64,000 bases of DNA from Rhizomicrobium sp. (GCA_035524575.1 DATKON010000132.1:4643-68642), one strand, 5' to 3'. Shown: positions 43,764 to 53,082, counted from the stretch's first letter. Made by a program: numbers and translations. The notes: generated from the sequence alone by a model not told the origin.

Positions 43764-44720
43764 CTATTTCCGGTCTTTCCAGATCTGCGCCATCCAGCCG
43801 AACAACGTTGCCGCATCGGACGGCACGTCTTTGGCGCCGAATTCGCGATAGAGCGTCGCGACATTGACGGCGACGCGTTCGGCATCGCCCCAGCCGGAGA
43901 AATCGTCGAAGGAAATGGACCGCGCGGCTTCGTACGCGCCGAGGCCTGCGTCGTAGCGCGCCTTGGCTTCGCGCGCGATGTAGCCGAGATAGTCACGCAC
44001 GCGGGCAACGCCGCGCTTGTCCGTCACAGGACCATGTCCCGGCACAACGGTTTCGACATCGAGCCCGAGAATGAGATCGCAGGCGGCGATCCAGTTGGAG
44101 ACCGGTCCGGCCCAGACGATCGGATGGCCCTGGATGAACAGGATGTCGCCGGTGAAGATCGTCCTGTCCTTCGCCACATAAGCGAGCGTGTCGCCGCCCG
44201 TATGCGCGGGGCCTACTTCGATCAGCTCGACGATCTTGTCGCCGACGCGGCGCTGGAGGCGTCCATTGAATGTCACGTCGGGAAGTTTCGGCGTGATGCC
44301 GGCGAATTCGTAGCGCCCGAAGCAATGGACGAGATAGTCGCCGGTGGTGCCGAGGTTCGGCGCCGCCTTCATCATGTTGGCAAGCATTTCCGGGCGTTCG
44401 TGCGCCATCGACGCCGCGGCCTTCTCGCTGGCGACGACCCGCGCATCCGGGATCAGTTCGTTGCCGTACCAGTGATCGCCGTTGTGATGCGTGTTGAAGA
44501 CGGTGCGGATCTTCGCAGGTGTGGCGCGCGCAAATCCGTCGAGCATGGCGCGCGTGTGGGCCAGGTCGAACAGCGTGTCGACCAGCAGGGCCTCGCCCGA
44601 ATCCGCAACCAGCCCCGCGTTCGACAGGCCCCAGCCGCCGTCCGGCTGCAGATAGGCGAAACAGCCCTGGCCCAGATCGCGGACGCCGGCGTCGTAATTG
44701 GATTTCGGAAACGTCAGCAT
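43764..44720 (-). CDS. MBL-fold metallo-hydrolase
   Basis: Only the C-terminal 318 aa of track ORF 43764..45623 are used, starting MLTFPKSNYD. The motif NTHHNGDHWYGN (HxHxDH) is present. The start lies 2 bp after the SDR stop. Confidence 0.8.
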   Translation of the reverse strand: MLTFPKSNYDAGVRDLGQGCFAYLQPDGGWGLSNAGLVADSGEALLVDTLFDLAHTRAMLDGFARATPAKIRTVFNTHHNGDHWYGNELIPDARVVASEKAAASMAHERPEMLANMMKAAPNLGTTGDYLVHCFGRYEFAGITPKLPDVTFNGRLQRRVGDKIVELIEVGPAHTGGDTLAYVAKDRTIFTGDILFIQGHPIVWAGPVSNWIAACDLILGLDVETVVPGHGPVTDKRGVARVRDYLGYIAREAKARYDAGLGAYEAARSISFDDFSGWGDAERVAVNVATLYREFGAKDVPSDAATLFGWMAQIWKDRK

Positions 44721-44722
44721 GG

Positions 44723-45550
44723 TCAGAGCCCCGAAAGTCCGCCATCGACAGCAAGCAATTGTCCGGTGATGTAGGCGCTTTCGTGGCTGAGCAGGAACAA
44801 GGCTGCGTAGGCCGTTTCCCATCCCGTGCCCTGGCGGCCGAGCGGCACCGGCGTCGTGGCGCGATTGGGACGGCCCCGCGATGCGAGACGCCCGATCGAG
44901 GTGTCCATCAGTCCCGGCGCCACGATATTGGCGCGGATGGCGCGGCGCGCCCCCTCGAACGCCACATGCCGGCAAAGCCCGGAGAGCCCGGCCTTCGACG
45001 CATCGTAAGCAGGCAGGCGGCTTCCCGCCGTCAGGCCTGCGATGGAGGAGATGAATACGATCGAGGATCCTTCGCGCAGATGCGGCAGCGCCGCCTTCAC
45101 GCAAAGCATGTGGCTCTTGATGTTGACCGCGAAGACCTTGTCCCAGCTTTCCGCGGATGTGCCTTCGAGCCACGGCCCGCCCGCGCCGATGCCGACATTG
45201 AGCACGAGCCCGTCGAGACCGCCGAGGCCCTGCAGCGCCTCCGCCATCATCGTGGCGACGGCGTCCTCCTTGGTGGCGTCGGCGGCGATGGCGAAGCCAC
45301 GACCACGTTCGGCCTCGATCATCGCGACGGTCGCCTGCGCGCTGACGCGGTCGCGGTCGGCCACCGCCACATGCGCACCCTCTCGCGCGAACAGCACGCT
45401 CATCGCCCGGCCGTTGCCGACGGGCGTGTCGGCCTCGCCGATGTCCATCTGACCGCCGCCGACGACCAGCACGCGCCGGCCCTTCAGCCGCCCGCGGCCG
45501 GGCGCCTCGCCCAGGCTTTCGATCGGCGTAAATGCGGTGCGCTCGCTCAT
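44723..45550 (-). CDS. Short-chain dehydrogenase/reductase (SDR) family oxidoreductase
   Basis: VLVVGGG..IG (a variant of TGxxxGxG), NVGIG, and the catalytic motif YDASKAGL. 275 aa. Confidence 0.85.
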   Translation of the reverse strand: MSERTAFTPIESLGEAPGRGRLKGRRVLVVGGGQMDIGEADTPVGNGRAMSVLFAREGAHVAVADRDRVSAQATVAMIEAERGRGFAIAADATKEDAVATMMAEALQGLGGLDGLVLNVGIGAGGPWLEGTSAESWDKVFAVNIKSHMLCVKAALPHLREGSSIVFISSIAGLTAGSRLPAYDASKAGLSGLCRHVAFEGARRAIRANIVAPGLMDTSIGRLASRGRPNRATTPVPLGRQGTGWETAYAALFLLSHESAYITGQLLAVDGGLSGL

Positions 45551-45649
45551 GGCCTGTCTCCCACCCTGGGGGCTCTCCAGCCGGCCCTTGACGCATTTGG
45601 GCGCGGCTGGTTCTTGTCCGCAAGAGCTATCGCCTCAAGGGAGCGTTTC

Positions 45650-46285
45650 GTGTTCCAAGCCGTGATCTGGGATTTCGGCGGCGTCTTTACGACGTCACCT
45701 TTCGAAGCCTTCGCCCGCTATGAGCGCGAGAAGGGATTGCCGGAAAATCTCATCCGGCAGATCAACAGCGCCAATCCGCTGGAGAACGCCTGGGCACGGT
45801 TCGAACGCTCCGAACTCGATCTCGACCAGTTCGATGTCGAATTTGCGAACGAGGCCCGCGCGCTCGGCCATCACGTGCCGGGCAGGGATATCATCGCGCT
45901 GCTGGCCGGGGATTTCCGACCCGAGATGATCGAGGCGCTTCGGCGCATCAAGAGGAGCGGCCTCAAGACCGGCTGCATCACCAACAACGTGCCGGCGAAC
46001 ACCTCGGATACGCGCGAGGGCCGCACGCTCTATGCGCGCGAGATCATGGAAATGTTCGATCATCTGATCGAGTCGTCGAAGATCGGAATCAGGAAACCCA
46101 ATCCGCGCATCTACGAGATGATGTGCGAAGAGCTGACCGTCGAACCCGATCGTTGCATCTATCTCGACGATCTCGGGATGAACCTGAAGCCGGCCCGCGC
46201 CATGGGCATGGCGACGATCAAGGTGGAAAGCGGCCCGCAGGCGATCGGCGAGCTGGAAAAGCTTCTCGCGATGAAGCTCGGCTAG
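45650..46285 (+). CDS. HAD-superfamily hydrolase (epoxide-hydrolase N-terminal-phosphatase-like subfamily)
   Basis: The in-frame GTG at 45650 gives VFQAVIWDFGGVF (the DxG/DxD motif I). Further motifs: GCITNN, KIGIRKPNPRIYE, IYLDDLGMNLKPA. Confidence 0.8.
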   Translation: MFQAVIWDFGGVFTTSPFEAFARYEREKGLPENLIRQINSANPLENAWARFERSELDLDQFDVEFANEARALGHHVPGRDIIALLAGDFRPEMIEALRRIKRSGLKTGCITNNVPANTSDTREGRTLYAREIMEMFDHLIESSKIGIRKPNPRIYEMMCEELTVEPDRCIYLDDLGMNLKPARAMGMATIKVESGPQAIGELEKLLAMKLG

Positions 46286-46300
46286 AGCGGGTCGGCGGGC

Positions 46301-48364
46301 TTACCGGCGCCCGGCCTGCAGCAGCCGATTGATCTCCGATCGAAGCTGCGCCTGGTGATAGGGCTTCGACAGGCGCGGCAGCATGGATTGCTGGCCCGCC
46401 GGCAGATCCGCATAACCTGTCGCCAAAAGAATCGGCATCTCAGGCCGTTTGCGGCGCAGAATCTCCGCGAGCTGTACGCCTGTCATTCCCGGCATCGCTT
46501 GATCCGTCATCACAAGATCGACCGAGGCGCCGCCCTCGATGATCTCGAGCGCGCGGTGCGCCGAATTCGCCTCGATTACCGTGTGACCCAGATCTTCGAG
46601 CATGTCGACCGTGCTCATCGCAATGAGAGGATCGTCGTCAACGACCAGAATCGTTGCGCGACATACAGCGGCGACATTCGGCTCTATCGCGGTTTCGGCT
46701 TCCGCCTGGCGAACTGCGGCCGGCAACCATAAAGTGGCCGTGGTGCCCTTGCCGACTTCGCTCGAAAGCTCGAGGAGGCCGCCAAGCTGTACGGCAAGGC
46801 CGTGAACCATCGACAGCCCGAGACCCGTTCCTTTGCCCAAAGGCTTGGTCGAGAAAAAAGGTTCAATGGCTTTCTTGAGGGTGGCAGAATCCATTCCGGT
46901 GCCCGTATCAATGAGACGCACGCGGATATAGGAACCAGACTGGAGCGCTGAACCTCTGCTCACATGGGTTTCGTCGAGCACGATCGTGATTGTGCCACCG
47001 TCGGGCATCGCGTCGCGCGCATTGATCGCGAGATTGAGGATGGCGAGCTCGATCTGGTTGGCGTCGATTTGCGCGGGCGGCAGGTTCTCGGATGCCTTTA
47101 CGCTGAATGCGATCTGCGGTCCGAGCGAACGCTCCAGCAGATCGCGCATGCCGGAAATCAGGGACGGCACGTCCACCGAGGCCGTCTTGAGCTCCTGCTG
47201 CCGCGCGAACGCCAGCATGCGCTGCGTAAGAGCTGCGCCGCGTTGCGCACCCTGCAGGGCCCCATCGATCAGGCGGCGGAAGCGTGGGTCGTCGGGCAGG
47301 CGTTTGCGCAGCAGTTCGAGATTGCCCATCACGGCCATCAAAAGATTGTTGAAATCGTGCGCGACGCCGCCGGTGAGCTGGCCGATGCTCTCGATTTTCT
47401 GGAGCTGCACGACCTGCTCTTGCGCCTTCTGCCGTGTTGCGACTTCCCGCAAGAGCTCGTCAGTTCTCTCCTGAACGCGCTGCTCGAGCGTCCGTGTCAA
47501 TGTCGCAAGCGCCGTTCGCTCAGCCGCCAGCGCCTCAAGCAGCTTTTCCTGTTCGAGCTGCGCGTTCTTGCGTGCGGTGATATCGGAGGATACGCCGACA
47601 AGCTGGCTGATGGCGCCGGCGCTGTTGCGCAGCGCCTGCCCGCGCACTTCGACCCAATGCACGGACCGATCGGGCCAGAGGATTCGGTATTCGAGCTTAT
47701 AGTCCTCGCCCGACTTCAGCATCTGCGCGACGGCCGCGCGCACAGCATCCAGATCGTCGGGATGAACGGAGGCTTCGAAATCTGCGACTGTGAATGTGTC
47801 GGTTCTGCCCCTTCCGAAATGTGCGCGAAAATGCTCGGAGGCGTGAAGCGTTTTGCTGTCGATATCGTAGGTCCACGGGCCGAGACGTCCCGCCTTGAGT
47901 GCCGTCTCGAGGCGCTTCTCTCCCTCGCGCAGATCTTCGAGGCGCGCGCGTGCTTCGTATTGACGTCTTCGCGCGCGAACGGCGGTCCGCACAATGCTGG
48001 TCAAGGTCGTGGGATGGAAGGGACGCTCCAGGAACGTCACGTTGCCGAGGAGCTCGGCAAGGCGCGAGGCAGACGGATTCCGTTCAATGCCGCCGCCATG
48101 TCTGGTGAGGAGAACGACCGGAATGTCGGACCAAGGCGGCTGTTGGCCGAGAAATCGCGCCAGTCTTTGCAAGTCGGCATTCCTGACGGCTTCATCGGCA
48201 ATGATTGCGAGACCGGCGCCCCGGTGAAGTTCGTCGCACAATCCGTGCAGGTCGGAACAGATGAAGGCGGAGAAGCCCGCCTCCTCCAGAAGCTGCGTCG
48301 CGACCTGAGAATCGCGACCGTTCGGCGCCAGGATGAGCGCCCGCTCGGAGGAGGCCTCGCTCAC
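46301..48364 (-). CDS. Hybrid sensor histidine kinase: N-terminal pseudo-receiver, PAS, HisKA, HATPase_c, C-terminal receiver
   Basis: H-box GGVAHDFNNLLMAV. N and G boxes: LNLAINARDAM, DTGTGM, GTGLGLSMV. C-terminal REC: ILVVDDDP, LVMTDQAMPGMTG, SKPY. The N-terminal REC-like domain lacks the DD pair (LILAPNGRD) and has ERP where KP is expected. Confidence 0.85.
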   Translation of the reverse strand: MSEASSERALILAPNGRDSQVATQLLEEAGFSAFICSDLHGLCDELHRGAGLAIIADEAVRNADLQRLARFLGQQPPWSDIPVVLLTRHGGGIERNPSASRLAELLGNVTFLERPFHPTTLTSIVRTAVRARRRQYEARARLEDLREGEKRLETALKAGRLGPWTYDIDSKTLHASEHFRAHFGRGRTDTFTVADFEASVHPDDLDAVRAAVAQMLKSGEDYKLEYRILWPDRSVHWVEVRGQALRNSAGAISQLVGVSSDITARKNAQLEQEKLLEALAAERTALATLTRTLEQRVQERTDELLREVATRQKAQEQVVQLQKIESIGQLTGGVAHDFNNLLMAVMGNLELLRKRLPDDPRFRRLIDGALQGAQRGAALTQRMLAFARQQELKTASVDVPSLISGMRDLLERSLGPQIAFSVKASENLPPAQIDANQIELAILNLAINARDAMPDGGTITIVLDETHVSRGSALQSGSYIRVRLIDTGTGMDSATLKKAIEPFFSTKPLGKGTGLGLSMVHGLAVQLGGLLELSSEVGKGTTATLWLPAAVRQAEAETAIEPNVAAVCRATILVVDDDPLIAMSTVDMLEDLGHTVIEANSAHRALEIIEGGASVDLVMTDQAMPGMTGVQLAEILRRKRPEMPILLATGYADLPAGQQSMLPRLSKPYHQAQLRSEINRLLQAGRR

Positions 48365-49851
48365 TCTTTCTTGCCTGCGAGAAGGGGAGTCCGATCGCCG
48401 GAATATGTCGGCACGCCACTCAGCACGCCCTGAAAGTCTGCCAGGGGCTCCCCGACCGTCAGCCCACTGTGGCTGATGCGGTATTCGCGGATGGTCGGCT
48501 CGTGAAATCCCGACCGCTTCTTGATGACGGAGATTGCGCGCCGCACCTGACCCACGGCCTCGAAATAGCGAAGCAGGATCACGGTGTCGGCAAGATAGGT
48601 CACGTCGACAGGGGTCCGCATGTCGCCGACCAGTCCATGTTGCGCCACGGTCATGAAGGTCATCGCGCCCTGGCGGTTCAGATATTGCAGCAATTCGTGC
48701 ATGTGGAGAATGAGCGCGTTCTCCTCCGGCATCGAAGCCTGATAGCCGTTCAGGCTGTCGATGATGACGAGCTTTATGTTGTGGGCGTCGACCGTTTGCC
48801 GCACGCGATGCGCAAACTCGCCGGGCGACAATTCCGCCGCGTCGATCTGCTCGATCATCAGACTTCCCCTCTCGCGCGCCTGCGCGAGATCGATGCCCAG
48901 CCCCTTCATCCGGGCGAAAAGAAGTCCGAGCTCTTCGTCGAAGGCGAATAAGGCCGCTTTCTCGCCTCGCGCGATCGCCGCCATGGCGAAAGTGAGTGCG
49001 ACAAGCGATTTACCGGTGCCGGCCGGCCCCAGGATCAAAGTGTTGGACCCCGATTCAATTCCGCCACCCAACAGCGAATCGAGCTCCTGAACACCCGTGG
49101 AATTGCAGGTTCTGGAAAATTGCGAACGGTGTTCCGCAGCGACGAGGCGGGGAAAGACGTTGACCCCCTCATACCCGATGGTGAAGTCGTGATAGCCGCC
49201 GCGAAACTTCTGTCCGCGATATTTGAGGACGCGTACCCGGCGCCGTTCGGCACCGTACAGAGGCGCCATCTCTTCAAGACGAATGACGCCATGTGCAACA
49301 CTATGAACCGTTTTGTCCGCAGCTTCCGCCGTCAAGTCGTCCAGCATCAGGACCGTAGCGCCGTGTCGCGCGAAGTAGTGCTTGATCGCGAGAACCTGGC
49401 GACGATAACGCAGCGAGCTCTGCGCGAGCAGCCGGATCTCCGACAGGCTGTCGAGCACGACACGCGCCGGCTTTCTGCGGTCCACGATGTCGAATATCTG
49501 CTTGGTGGTCTCGCCCAATTCGAGGTCGGACGAATAGAGCAGACTCTGTTGCTGATCTCCATCCAAAAGGTTTTCGGGCGGCGTCAGCTCGAAAACTTCG
49601 AGGTTCTTGTCGAGGGTCCAGCCATGCGACGCGGCGCCCTGGCGTAACTCATCGGCGGTTTCCGATAGTGTGATGTAAAGGCAGGTCTCTCCCTGCTTCG
49701 CACCTTCCAGAAGAAACTGCAGCGCGATGGTCGTCTTGCCTGTTCCTGGCTCACCTTCGGCGAGAAAAAGGTGGCCCCGGGAAAGCCCTCCGGCGAGGAC
49801 TTCGTCAAGACCAACGATGCCTGTTCCGGCTTTTTGCAAGGGCTTGTTCAC
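48361..49851 (-). CDS. kaiC: KaiC-family double-domain RecA-like ATPase
   Basis: 496 aa. The first half has GIVGLDEVLAGGLSRGHLFLAEGEPGTGKTT. The second half has GVQELDSLLGGGIESGSNTLILGPAGTGKS. The C-terminal part reads VIKKRSGFHEPTIREYRISHSGL. Its stop overlaps the kinase start by 4 bp. Confidence 0.85.
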   Translation of the reverse strand: MNKPLQKAGTGIVGLDEVLAGGLSRGHLFLAEGEPGTGKTTIALQFLLEGAKQGETCLYITLSETADELRQGAASHGWTLDKNLEVFELTPPENLLDGDQQQSLLYSSDLELGETTKQIFDIVDRRKPARVVLDSLSEIRLLAQSSLRYRRQVLAIKHYFARHGATVLMLDDLTAEAADKTVHSVAHGVIRLEEMAPLYGAERRRVRVLKYRGQKFRGGYHDFTIGYEGVNVFPRLVAAEHRSQFSRTCNSTGVQELDSLLGGGIESGSNTLILGPAGTGKSLVALTFAMAAIARGEKAALFAFDEELGLLFARMKGLGIDLAQARERGSLMIEQIDAAELSPGEFAHRVRQTVDAHNIKLVIIDSLNGYQASMPEENALILHMHELLQYLNRQGAMTFMTVAQHGLVGDMRTPVDVTYLADTVILLRYFEAVGQVRRAISVIKKRSGFHEPTIREYRISHSGLTVGEPLADFQGVLSGVPTYSGDRTPLLAGKKE

Positions 49852-49898
49852 GGCACGAATCCCCAGAAGCCGCTAACGCCCGGAACGGAAATTGGTTG

Positions 49899-50492
49899 CT
49901 AGGCGAAATCCGTGGCCAATTCCCTGCAGATTTCCGGGGAGACGACGGCGATGTGGCCGTAGTTCGGATGCTCGATGGCGAGGAGCACGCGCGCATTCGG
50001 ATCGGCGAATTGTTTCCGCAGCTCTGGCGTGAACACGAAGCGCACCCAGTGCACCGATGAAGTCTTGCCGTCCGGCGTGGTGCGGTCTTCGTATTCGGTT
50101 GGCGTGCCTTTGACGCGCACACCCGCGATCTCGAACGACGTCGCCTCTTCGATGCCCGCGAGCTGTTTCAGGATCTTCTCGCGCTGCACCGGATCTTCGA
50201 TCTCGAGCATCAGCGTCGCGATCAGCTCGTTGCCCTGCGGGATGAGCGGATTATAGGCCTCGAGCTCGCCGGCGATCTGGCCTTCGCCGCCTTTTTCGAT
50301 GTGCAGCATCTCCTGCACCTGCAGCCACATCGTGTCGTAGTTCTCGAAATAGAATGTCGCGAAGGGGCCGACTTCGATGCGGCGACTCTTCTTGCGCGGA
50401 ATCAGATCGCGGCGCAGGTCTGTGCGCTTCGCCGCGTAATCCTTGTAAGACATGATGTCAGCGGGCGTGATCTTGCGTTCTTGTGCGGTCAT
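49899..50492 (-). CDS. DUF3501-family protein (197 aa)
   Basis: Only the C-terminal 197 aa of track ORF 49899..51011 are used, starting MTAQERKITPADIMSY...FATFYFENYDTMWLQVQEMLHIEK. The family assignment is from memory. Its start shares 1 nt with the upstream stop. Confidence 0.7.
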   Translation of the reverse strand: MTAQERKITPADIMSYKDYAAKRTDLRRDLIPRKKSRRIEVGPFATFYFENYDTMWLQVQEMLHIEKGGEGQIAGELEAYNPLIPQGNELIATLMLEIEDPVQREKILKQLAGIEEATSFEIAGVRVKGTPTEYEDRTTPDGKTSSVHWVRFVFTPELRKQFADPNARVLLAIEHPNYGHIAVVSPEICRELATDFA

Positions 50493-51883
50493 CAGGAGTT
50501 CTCCTTGAGCCCATAGGCGCGGGCAAAGATCTCGATCGGATGCTCCGGCTTTTTCGCCGGCAATTCCGTTCCCCCCTGGCTCGCCAGCTCCGTCGCGCCC
50601 TGCACGATGTGCTTCGCCGCCAGCGGGCAATCGGACGCGATATGGCCGCGGGCCTGGGCGACGGCAGTGCGCATTGTCGGGCGGCCGACCTTCATCGCGA
50701 GCGGATGCGTCTCCTTGAGAACGCCGAAGGTGCCGCCATGGCCCGCGCAGCGCTCGATGACGTCGACCGGCGTTTCGGGAAGGAGCCGTAGGAGCTCCGC
50801 CGCTTTCGGACCCATGTTCTGTGCCCGAGCGTGGCAGGCGAGATGGACGCTGACGCCTTCCGGCAGGCTTTTGAGGCCGTCCGGCAATCCGTGTTTCTTC
50901 GCGATCATCACGACATATTCGTCGATGTCGAACGTCGCGCCCGCGAGCTTCTTGACGTCCGCGTTGTCGGGGACGATCAGCGGCCATTCGAACTTGAACA
51001 TCAGCCCGCACGAGGCCGTCAGGGTGACGATGTCGTAGCCCTCGTCGATCAGCTTCACGAGTTCCTTCGAAACCTTCGCGGCGTTCTCCGCCACGCGTTC
51101 GAGCTCGGCCTGTTCCAGGAACGGCATGCCGCAGCAGCCGGGATAGGCGACATTGGTTTCGACGCCGATGTGGTTGAGCACGGCGCGCGCGGCCATGCCC
51201 GTCTCGGGCTTGTTGTAATTGACGAAGCAGGTGGCGAAGAGCGCCGCCTTCGGCTTCGCGGCCCGCGCCGGCGCCGTCTCATTGACGCTGATCGGCCGTG
51301 TGCGGTCGGACAGCGTGAAGGTGCGCGTGTGGAATTTCGGCAGCTCCGCGTGGCGATCGATGTCGAGTACCGCCGACATGACGTTGCGCGCAACGGAGTT
51401 GTTCTCCGCGAAATTGACGAGCGCCGAGACCGGCTGCGCGAGGCGGCCGTTGCGATCCATCTCGGCGAGCTGCCGCGCCGCGAAATTCGTCTTGCCGGCT
51501 TTTGCCTCGGCCGCGCGGTAGCGCAGCATCAGATGCGGGAAATCGAGATTGAACGCATGCGGCGGTACATAGGGGCATTTCGTCATGAAGCACATGTCGC
51601 AGAGCGTGCAGGCTTCGACGACCTTTCCGAAATCCTCCGATTTCACGCCTTCCACTTCGTGCGGCGACTCGTCCACGAGATCGAAGAGGCGCGGAAAGGA
51701 ATCGCAGAGATTGAAGCAGCGACGGCAGCCGTGACAGATGTCGAACACGCGCCGCATCTCGGCGTCGAGCTTTTCGGGATCGGTGAAGTCGGGATCGCGC
51801 CAGTCGATGGTGTGGCGCGTCGGCGCTTCGAGGCTGCCTTCACGGGACATGGGGCCAAAATCCAAATCAATAATGATTGTCAT
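50492..51883 (-). CDS. (Fe-S)-binding protein, HdrD/GlpC/LutA-like (2x4Fe-4S ferredoxin motifs plus two CCG domains)
   Basis: The start was moved to MTIIIDL. Motifs: CHGCRRCFNLCDSFP, CTLCDMCFMTKCP, and the Cys-rich CCG-type motifs YPGCCGMPF and ERCAGHGG. Confidence 0.8.
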   Translation of the reverse strand: MTIIIDLDFGPMSREGSLEAPTRHTIDWRDPDFTDPEKLDAEMRRVFDICHGCRRCFNLCDSFPRLFDLVDESPHEVEGVKSEDFGKVVEACTLCDMCFMTKCPYVPPHAFNLDFPHLMLRYRAAEAKAGKTNFAARQLAEMDRNGRLAQPVSALVNFAENNSVARNVMSAVLDIDRHAELPKFHTRTFTLSDRTRPISVNETAPARAAKPKAALFATCFVNYNKPETGMAARAVLNHIGVETNVAYPGCCGMPFLEQAELERVAENAAKVSKELVKLIDEGYDIVTLTASCGLMFKFEWPLIVPDNADVKKLAGATFDIDEYVVMIAKKHGLPDGLKSLPEGVSVHLACHARAQNMGPKAAELLRLLPETPVDVIERCAGHGGTFGVLKETHPLAMKVGRPTMRTAVAQARGHIASDCPLAAKHIVQGATELASQGGTELPAKKPEHPIEIFARAYGLKENS

Positions 51884-52006
51884 GGCCCGCCAGGTGCGGG
51901 CCACCCAGGTGACGGAAGCCGGATCTTGAAGATCGCGCTCGAATTGCCGTGAAGCGTGCGCGCGGCAACTGGGTGGCCCGCATTCGCGGGCCATGACACG
52001 TACGAA

Positions 52007-52429
52007 TTACTTCCCGAGCGAATCGAGCGCTTTCTGGAAGCGGCCGGCGTGGCTCTTTTCCGCCTTGGCCAGCGTCTCGAACCAGTCGGCGATCTCGTCG
52101 AAGCCTTCGGCGCGCGCCGTCTTCGCCATGCCCGGATACATGTCGGTGTATTCGTGCGTCTCGCCGGCGATCGCGGCCTTCAGGTTCTTGTCGGTCGGGC
52201 CGATCGGCTCGCCCGTGGCGGGGTCGCCCACGACTTCGAGGAACTCGAGATGGCCGTGTGCATGGCCGGTCTCGCCTTCCGCGGTGGAGCGGAACACGGC
52301 GGAAACGTCGTTGTAGCCTTCGACGTCGGCCTTCTGTGCGAAATAGAGATAGCGGCGGTTGGCCTGGCTTTCGCCGGCGAACGCGTCCTTCAAATTCTGA
52401 GCGGTCTTCGAACCCTTGAGTGTGGCCAT
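52007..52429 (-). CDS. Rubrerythrin-family diiron protein without a rubredoxin domain (140 aa)
   Basis: [31 protein letters not shown]...[13 protein letters not shown]...[14 protein letters not shown]...[11 protein letters not shown] shows the ExxH diiron ligand pairs. There is no C-terminal CxxC pair. Confidence 0.85.
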   Translation of the reverse strand: MATLKGSKTAQNLKDAFAGESQANRRYLYFAQKADVEGYNDVSAVFRSTAEGETGHAHGHLEFLEVVGDPATGEPIGPTDKNLKAAIAGETHEYTDMYPGMAKTARAEGFDEIADWFETLAKAEKSHAGRFQKALDSLGK

Positions 52430-52512
52430 GGCTGTTCTCCTTTGCGTGATAGGGGAGGGGCGCTCCCGAACCGCGCGGGACCTTGCGCCCGCGCGCATAG
52501 GCGTGTCAATAG

Positions 52513-52529
52513 ATTAGAATAGTTCTAAA
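52513..52529. promoter_or_regulatory. Iron control element (ICE / Irr box), aTTAGAA-tag-TTCTAAa
   Basis: It is a perfect match to the core of the Bradyrhizobium ICE consensus TTTAGAA-N3-TTCTAAA. It lies 84-100 bp upstream of the rubrerythrin ATG and 33 bp downstream of the irr stop. Confidence 0.6.
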
Positions 52530-52561
52530 GAAGAAATTTCCAAGAGGCCAGACAGATCTTT

Positions 52562-52993
52562 TCAGGCCCGTTTGAGCCGCACGATCACGTCGACATGCTC
52601 GACTTCCATGCCCTTCGGCGCGGAGGGCAGGCCGCTGACTTTGATGTCGTCGCCCGGAATGTCGATCAGCGTGCCTTCCTCCGGATAGAAGAAGTGTTGG
52701 TGATCCCCGACATTCGTGTCGAAGTAGCAGCGCTGCGCGTCGACGACCACTTGTTGCAGAAGGCCGGCCTGCGTGAACTGGTTGAGCGTGTTGTAGACCG
52801 TCGCCAGCGAGACTTTCACGCCGGCGCGGATGGCTTCCTCATGGAGCGCCTCGGCGCTGACATGCCGGTCGTGACCCTTGAACAGAAGGCCGGCGAGCGC
52901 GGCGCGCTGACGCGTGGGGCGAAGACCTGCGGCTCTCAGCCGCGCAGCCGCCTTCACGTCCGCCTCGTCGTCGATCCTTTTTCTGCTCGCCAT
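52562..52993 (-). CDS. irr: Fur-family iron response regulator Irr
   Basis: 143 aa. LRPTRQRAALAGLLFKGHDRHVSAEALHEEA..VSLATVYNTLNQFTQAGLL..YFDTNVGDHQHFFYPEEG. It lies divergent from fabA, as irr does in rhizobia and Brucella. No N-terminal Cys-Pro haem regulatory motif is visible. Confidence 0.8.
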   Translation of the reverse strand: MASRKRIDDEADVKAAARLRAAGLRPTRQRAALAGLLFKGHDRHVSAEALHEEAIRAGVKVSLATVYNTLNQFTQAGLLQQVVVDAQRCYFDTNVGDHQHFFYPEEGTLIDIPGDDIKVSGLPSAPKGMEVEHVDVIVRLKRA

Positions 52994-53082
52994 ACGTCGT
53001 CTGCCGGTGCTGACCCTTGCGTCACTGACACTCGGGGGTCATGTTTGCTAGGTTGCGCCGGAAGAGCGCAACGGAACGTTGG

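Noticed and set aside
44721-45623. N-terminal extension of the MBL-hydrolase ORF (track 43764..45623, 619 aa), and the 588-aa plus-strand ORF 44519..46285
   Set aside because: Both extensions overlap the SDR gene, which has clear Rossmann and YxxxK motifs. Only the parts from 44720 downwards (MBL) and from 45650 upwards (HAD) have family motifs.
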